64,000 nucleotides of DNA. It comes from Phycisphaeraceae bacterium (lineage in GTDB: Bacteria; Planctomycetota; Phycisphaerae; Phycisphaerales; Phycisphaeraceae). The stretch lies in contig OY771506.1 of assembly GCA_963674705.1 (NCBI GenBank), positions 3,040,001-3,104,000 of the forward strand. The letters run 5' to 3'. The position numbers were made by a program, and so were the translations under genes. Below are positions 58,372 through 64,000 of the stretch, one piece after another; positions within the stretch are counted from its first letter, which is position 1; each line of letters starts with the position of its first letter. The notes beneath the pieces were generated by a model. The model was given only the letters and a program-made list of their open reading frames with translations. It did no database searches and was not told where the DNA came from.

Positions 58372-60384
58372 ATGGCAGATACCAGCCTACTTTCCAGGAT
58401 TCCGCTTCGTATCAGCGTTCCGTTGATGCTGGTTACCCCTGTCCTGCTGGTGGCGGTGGTCCTTACCCTTATTGCTTACGTCCAAGGCAGCGCGACGGCA
58501 CGCGAACTGACACGCGGGAACCTGGACCAGATTCACAAGCGGATCGAGGCCCATGTGGATGGGTTGCTGGATACCCCCGCAACCGCCGTCGCGATGAACA
58601 AGGCGTTGATCGAGCAGGGGCGTCTGCCGATAGACGACCTGCCGGCCTGGCGCGACACGATCATTTCCCAATTCCACGCCCAGCCTATCCTCAGCTCGAT
58701 CGTTTTCGGCTCAGCTGACGGCCGGGCAACCTGGGTATGCAGATATGAGGGGGATGACCTACACACTTACTATGCGGTGAATCCACCGGGGGACAACACG
58801 CAACTTGCGGAATACCGCATAAACGCCAAGGCAGAATCCTCCACGCAGCCCACCAACACTTTTCCGTACGACCCGCGTATCCGTCCCTGGTACAAGGCTC
58901 CGACCGAGGCGGGTAAAGCGACATGGTGCGAGCCATTTGTCTTCGTCGGTGGGGCTGACGCGGAATCGGTGACACTCGGCATCAGTTATGCAGAGCCCCT
59001 GTTTGATTCGCAGGGCAAGCAACTTGGCGTGGTCGACGCCGACTTGAGCTTAAACGATATATCGCATTACCTGGCACGCCTGAAGATCGGTGAATGGGGG
59101 CAGGTCTATATCACCGATTGCGATGGGTTGATCATCGGGTCCTCTATGGGGGCAAAGCTGGCGGATGATTCAGGGGAACGGATATCTGCGACTAAATCGG
59201 AGCACGCCTGGGTGCGTGTATCAGCGGACCATATCGGCCACGCGTTCAAGTCATTGCATAGCATTCAATCGCGTTACGAAAAAACAATTGATATCGAAGG
59301 GCATCGCTTCCTGCTGGTGTGTTCGCCTTATGAACATCCGACCGGCATCAGTTGGATGATCGTGACACTGGTCCCGGAATCCGACTTCCTTGCGGGCGTG
59401 CAGGCAGCCAGGCAAAGAGGTCTGATTATTGCTGTGGTCGCCTCATTATTAACGCTGCTGCTCGGGATAGCCGCTGCGATGTGGATGGTTCGGCCGATGA
59501 TGCAATTGAACCAGCATGTCAGGCGGATCGGCGAAGGTGATCTCGATCAGGAGATCCATCTCAACCAATCGCCCGAATTGATCAAGCTTTCCAACGAGAT
59601 CAACGAGATGACGGCCGGGCTCAGGGACAGGATGCGGATGCGGCATTCACTGGCGGTCGCGATGGATGTTCAGCAGGCATTACTCCCGGATGGTTCGCCC
59701 AAGGTCAAGGGTGTGGACATCGCGGGGCACAGCACGTATTGCGATGAGACCGGCGGCGACTACTACGACTTCCTTGATATCACGGGCTTGGAAGAATCCT
59801 CTGTGTGCGTAGCGCTCGGTGACGTGATGGGCCACGGCGTGGCGGCGGCGATGCTCATGGCTACCGCGCGAGGCATCCTACGCAGTCATAGCAGCGAGCC
59901 CCGCTCGCTTGCAGACCTGCTTTGTCATCTCAACGAATTACTCGTGCCGGACACCGGCGGCAAGCGTTTCATGACCATGCTGCTGGCGACACTGGATGCT
60001 AAAAACCGCGTATTACGCTGGGCTTCTGCGGGGCATGAACCGCCTTTCTATTACGATCCGCAATCCGGGACCTATCACGAGTTGGATGGTTCGGGTCTGC
60101 CGCTTGGCATCATGCAGGAGGAGGTGTACGAGGAGTACACCTTTGACGACGTACGTGAAGGGCAGGTGTTCTTCATGGCGACGGACGGCGTATGGGAAAT
60201 GCAGAACCCGGATGGCGAGCAGTTCGGTAAACAGCGCGTGCGTGAATTGATTGAAAGCCATCACACTGAATCCGCCGAGCAGATCAGCCGTCACATCCGG
60301 GATGCACTGATTGCTTTCCGTGGAGACGATTCACGTGATGACGATGTGACATTCGTTATCCTGCGCGTGATGTCGGTCGGGTAG
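58372..60384 (+). CDS. Membrane sensor phosphatase: Cache + HAMP + SpoIIE/PP2C
   Basis: YDPRIRPWYK (dCache), HAMP, VQQALLP, GGDYYDF, GDVMGHG, SAGH, TDGVWE, DDVT. Confidence 0.92.
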   Translation: MADTSLLSRIPLRISVPLMLVTPVLLVAVVLTLIAYVQGSATARELTRGNLDQIHKRIEAHVDGLLDTPATAVAMNKALIEQGRLPIDDLPAWRDTIISQFHAQPILSSIVFGSADGRATWVCRYEGDDLHTYYAVNPPGDNTQLAEYRINAKAESSTQPTNTFPYDPRIRPWYKAPTEAGKATWCEPFVFVGGADAESVTLGISYAEPLFDSQGKQLGVVDADLSLNDISHYLARLKIGEWGQVYITDCDGLIIGSSMGAKLADDSGERISATKSEHAWVRVSADHIGHAFKSLHSIQSRYEKTIDIEGHRFLLVCSPYEHPTGISWMIVTLVPESDFLAGVQAARQRGLIIAVVASLLTLLLGIAAAMWMVRPMMQLNQHVRRIGEGDLDQEIHLNQSPELIKLSNEINEMTAGLRDRMRMRHSLAVAMDVQQALLPDGSPKVKGVDIAGHSTYCDETGGDYYDFLDITGLEESSVCVALGDVMGHGVAAAMLMATARGILRSHSSEPRSLADLLCHLNELLVPDTGGKRFMTMLLATLDAKNRVLRWASAGHEPPFYYDPQSGTYHELDGSGLPLGIMQEEVYEEYTFDDVREGQVFFMATDGVWEMQNPDGEQFGKQRVRELIESHHTESAEQISRHIRDALIAFRGDDSRDDDVTFVILRVMSVG

Positions 60385-60477
60385 GGGGGCACATTCATCA
60401 TCATGAACAAAATGAAAAGCCGGCGAACCCATGTCCGCCGGCTTGGTATGAATACACAACCCCGAAGGGCGTGACTA

Positions 60478-63400
60478 TTACGAGGCGTGACGACGTCGCA
60501 GTAAGGCCAATCCGCCCAGACCCAAAAGTGCAACACCTGTCGGCTCGGGCACAGCTACCTGCGGCGGTGTGCCGGTGTTCCAATACGCCAGAACGACGTC
60601 CAGATCGTCCAGTCCCACAAAGCCATCACCGCTTGCATCACCCTGTGTCCAGGAACCGGCGTTGACGCTCATATTCCACTGGTTCAGGACGATATCCAGG
60701 TCGCCCAGCCCGACAAAGCCGTCGTGATCCAGATCGCCTAGCAATCCTGCAGCGATGGTGACGTTATCTACGCCGTATTGCACATCCAGACCGAGGCCGG
60801 TTAACGACGGCAAAGTCACCTCGTCAAAACCACCAACCACGCTTGCAGCACTGATGATCTGGAAGCTATCTCCGGCAGAAAGAACCAACGCATCATCAAC
60901 CGTCAACGCAAGCGTGCCGCCGAGATTCGCGGCGCCGGTTGCTGTGACTGCCGGGTCTGTTGTGACCGGGATCGTGTCGAACGTGACAGCTAATGCACCG
61001 TCGGTCTGGTTGTAGCTGCCCGCAGCCAGGCCCGCGGTTGAACCCGACCCGACCAAAGCAGCGCCATCGGTGACATTGAACTTACCGACGGTTCCCATAT
61101 CGAGCCGATCGACGACGACAATGCCGTCGGTATCGACGACCACGATGCCGTCACCCAGGCCGAATGAAAGCTCATCGACATCGAGCACGCCATCCGCACT
61201 CACATTTAATCGGCCGACAGATCCAGCAGTGGACGCGATACGAGCGCTTGGGCCTGCGAGCGTACCATTGATGACGGTCAGGTCGGCGTTGTCCGTTGCG
61301 TCCTGGCCGACGACGATCGCGGTTGTCGCGTTTTGTGCGGCGTTGGTGTAGGTGAAGCCGCCGAGGTCGTATGTCACGGTATCGATCTTGATGACCGCGC
61401 TATCCGTCGCCACGTTCGTACCGAACTGCACGGTGTAGCCCACCGCACTGCCGAGGTTCCAGATCGCCGAGTCCGAACCTAATGGCACGAAGCCGTCGCT
61501 CCAGTTAGAGCTGACGTTAAAGTCACCACCCAGGTTGTTCGACCACTGGAAGTCCAGCGGCACCAGTTGCAGGTAACCATCGTCATACGCGATACGTAAT
61601 TCACCCACGCCGAACAAACTATTCAGATGCACCATGGAGGATGTCAACGCATCGTAAGCATAGACATTGATGCCGTTGAGGATCAGTGCCGAATCGTTGA
61701 GGATGCGTAAACCATCGGGGCCGCCCAGGCCGTAAAGATACAACGCTTCGGTCCCTGAACTGCCGCGGTTGCCGTTATCGATGGCGTCGATCAGGTCCAC
61801 ACTCGTGCGTTGTGTGGTCTGCCCGATCACGAGCTGGCCGATACCGAAGTTCCCGGCGGAAGAACCGGTTACGCTCAAATCTTCACCACCGACTTCCAGT
61901 AGCTGCCCACCGGTACCATCCATCCGTACAACGCCGGCATCAAGCACAACGTAAGACTCGGTTGTTTGCTCGAAACTGAAGTCCTCACCGATGTGAAGTT
62001 CAGCACTATTGGATACGGAAAGTGTTGAGTTGGGGCCAAGCTTCAACGAACCGGCAACGTCAAGCGTGCTGTCCAGGTCGGTCGCCGACAGGTTGGCATC
62101 AATATTCACCAACGAGCCAAACTTGATTGTGCCGCCTGTATTCGCCACGAAACGTGTGTTATTCGTTTCGGTGGTCAGGCTGGACAGGTCAAGTGTGCCA
62201 TAGGTCTGTGCGGTGAACTCGAGATAATCGGTGCTACGAGCACCCGCCACAGAAACCAGCCCCGACAAATCAAGTTCGCCATAATCACGGGCGGCGATGG
62301 TATAGACGGGTGAACCCCCCAGGTCCTGGTAGAAGTCCATGGTCTGGATACTCGATAAATCCAACCGCGTACCCGTACCCGTTGCACTGAAGAAGTCACC
62401 TGTGCTGTAGTGTCCAAGCGCATCGTAGCTGCTGGCGGTGATGCTCAGAGACTGGCCACCGTTGAGATTGATCCATGAGCCATCGATGTTGGCCAGCGTA
62501 CCAAGGTTGAGTGTCTGGTTGGCCCCCAGCGAAATCTGTGTACGCTTGATCGTATCGAGATTGGGCGCGTTGATCGTGCCCCCATCCGGCGCGGCAAGCG
62601 TTGAAGTGAATGAACTGCCCGCGCCATCCGCGCTGACCAGCGAAGGCAGATCAAGCGTCTGACCGGCCGCCAACTCAAAGACGTAGCCGCCCTCAATGGT
62701 GGTCAGTTTTGGCAGGTTCAATGTCGTCCCATCAGATGTGAAACGCACATTGCGATAACCCGTGACGGATTCAAGATTGGATATATCCAGCGTGCCACCG
62801 GTTGATGCTTCGAAGCGGACGGAATCACCATACCGTCCACCGATCACCGTCTCCAGCCCGGATAGGTCCAACTCGCCGCCATCACGTGCAGCAATGGCGA
62901 AGATCGGTGAACCACTAGAATCCTGATCGAAGTCGATACTCTTGATGCTTGACATATCCAACAGAGTTCCTGTTCCGGTTGCGCTGAATACATCGCCTTC
63001 CCCGAAGTAATCCAGGGAGTCATAGCTTGTTGCAGTGACCGAGGTAAATGTTTCGCCTCCGCTGATATGGAAACGCGAGCCATCGATCGTGGCAAGCGAG
63101 CCTGTCGTCAACGTCTGACCGGCTTCAACCGTGACCATCGTGCGGGTAACGGATACAAGATTGGGTGCATTGATGGTACCACTATCCGGCGGCGCTAATT
63201 CACCAGTCAGGCTGCTGCCTTGGCCGTTGATTGTGGTCAGGGCCGGCAAATCCAAAGTCTGACCCGCCGCCAACTCGAAGAATACCGCCGAGTCGATCGT
63301 CTGAAGTTCTGGCAGATTCAGGGCTGTGCCATCCGAGGTGAACCGCACATTACGGTTACCCGTGATGGATTGCAGGTTGGAGATATCCAGCGTCCCACCG

Positions 63401-64000
63401 GTCATCACTTCCAGGCGAACCGAGTCACCATAACGCCCGCCAACAATATTCGTCACACCCGACAGATCTACGTGACCGTTATCCCTTGCAGCGATGGCGT
63501 AGATCGGGCTGCCACCCTTATCCTGGTCGAAGTTCATGCTGGTCAAGGTCGACAAATTGAGAACAGACCCTGTGCCGGTCGCGGTGAAGAAGTCACTGCC
63601 GCCGTAGAAGTCCGATGAGTCGTAGCTGGTGGCTGTCACAGCGTTGAACACCACGCCACCACTGACGTAGATACGCGAGCCGTCGATATTACCGAGACTG
63701 CCGATATTCAGCGTCTGCCCCGCGCCAAGCGTCAGTGTGCCTTGTGTAAAGCTGTTTAATGAAGGCAGGTTGACCGTGCCGCCGACTTCGATGGAGATAT
63801 CAACATCATCCATCTGTGTCAGGTTGTTGGCCGAGATGCTTCCGCTTGCAGGTGCTTTGAAGGTCGACTCATAGCTGCTGCCCGTGCCGTCGAAGTTTAT
63901 TAACGACGGCAGGTCAAGTGACTGGCCCGTAGCTAATTCAAACGTCACCGCCGACTCGATCGTCGCAAGACTGGGCAGCGCAAACGCGGTCCCGTCCGAA
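60478..64000 (-). CDS. Large repetitive PEP-CTERM surface protein with dockerin-like domain; partial, starts beyond the right edge
   Basis: ~200-220 aa repeats (FELAxGQxLDLPxL), GDLDHDGFVGLGDLD..GDASGDGFVGLDDLD, VPEPTGVALLGLGG..RRR. Confidence 0.88.
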   Translation of the reverse strand, partial: SDGTAFALPSLATIESAVTFELATGQSLDLPSLINFDGTGSSYESTFKAPASGSISANNLTQMDDVDISIEVGGTVNLPSLNSFTQGTLTLGAGQTLNIGSLGNIDGSRIYVSGGVVFNAVTATSYDSSDFYGGSDFFTATGTGSVLNLSTLTSMNFDQDKGGSPIYAIAARDNGHVDLSGVTNIVGGRYGDSVRLEVMTGGTLDISNLQSITGNRNVRFTSDGTALNLPELQTIDSAVFFELAAGQTLDLPALTTINGQGSSLTGELAPPDSGTINAPNLVSVTRTMVTVEAGQTLTTGSLATIDGSRFHISGGETFTSVTATSYDSLDYFGEGDVFSATGTGTLLDMSSIKSIDFDQDSSGSPIFAIAARDGGELDLSGLETVIGGRYGDSVRFEASTGGTLDISNLESVTGYRNVRFTSDGTTLNLPKLTTIEGGYVFELAAGQTLDLPSLVSADGAGSSFTSTLAAPDGGTINAPNLDTIKRTQISLGANQTLNLGTLANIDGSWINLNGGQSLSITASSYDALGHYSTGDFFSATGTGTRLDLSSIQTMDFYQDLGGSPVYTIAARDYGELDLSGLVSVAGARSTDYLEFTAQTYGTLDLSSLTTETNNTRFVANTGGTIKFGSLVNIDANLSATDLDSTLDVAGSLKLGPNSTLSVSNSAELHIGEDFSFEQTTESYVVLDAGVVRMDGTGGQLLEVGGEDLSVTGSSAGNFGIGQLVIGQTTQRTSVDLIDAIDNGNRGSSGTEALYLYGLGGPDGLRILNDSALILNGINVYAYDALTSSMVHLNSLFGVGELRIAYDDGYLQLVPLDFQWSNNLGGDFNVSSNWSDGFVPLGSDSAIWNLGSAVGYTVQFGTNVATDSAVIKIDTVTYDLGGFTYTNAAQNATTAIVVGQDATDNADLTVINGTLAGPSARIASTAGSVGRLNVSADGVLDVDELSFGLGDGIVVVDTDGIVVVDRLDMGTVGKFNVTDGAALVGSGSTAGLAAGSYNQTDGALAVTFDTIPVTTDPAVTATGAANLGGTLALTVDDALVLSAGDSFQIISAASVVGGFDEVTLPSLTGLGLDVQYGVDNVTIAAGLLGDLDHDGFVGLGDLDIVLNQWNMSVNAGSWTQGDASGDGFVGLDDLDVVLAYWNTGTPPQVAVPEPTGVALLGLGGLALLRRRHAS

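Overview
GC-rich bacterial chromosome segment, most consistent with a planctomycete of the Phycisphaerae type (inferred from a DUF1559 prepilin-like protein, PEP-CTERM/dockerin-like proteins and a reduced dcw cluster). Bases 1-27.3 kb are mostly housekeeping: a TPR-metallopeptidase, an H1-like basic protein, an actinobacterial-type sdhCAB, ispH, a sigma factor, gcvT, rsmH-LysM-ftsL-ftsI and hslV. This part also carries REP-like palindromes and one intact IS5-family element that splits a gene. A ~31 kb integrative island starts at tRNA-Leu(CAG) and is bounded by a 14-bp direct repeat of the tRNA 3' end (27358-27371 / 58280-58293), with GCCTGC arm-type repeats near both ends. The island core is an atypical tyrosine integrase, two paralogous unknown wHTH-like genes, a P4/D5-type primase-helicase whose primase motifs look dead, and an iteron-type origin. 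Its cargo is a methyltransferase/FAD-oxidoreductase/type III PKS operon, DUF5131, transposon debris (including an IS1111-type right end with a candidate bridge RNA), a ROK-associated GH20/GH16/SSS/DUF1559 glycan locus containing an AlkP-TPR plus twin PEP-CTERM block, and an ABC exporter. After attR come a PP2C sensor phosphatase and a large repetitive PEP-CTERM protein. All family assignments are by motif recognition; no database searches were run.
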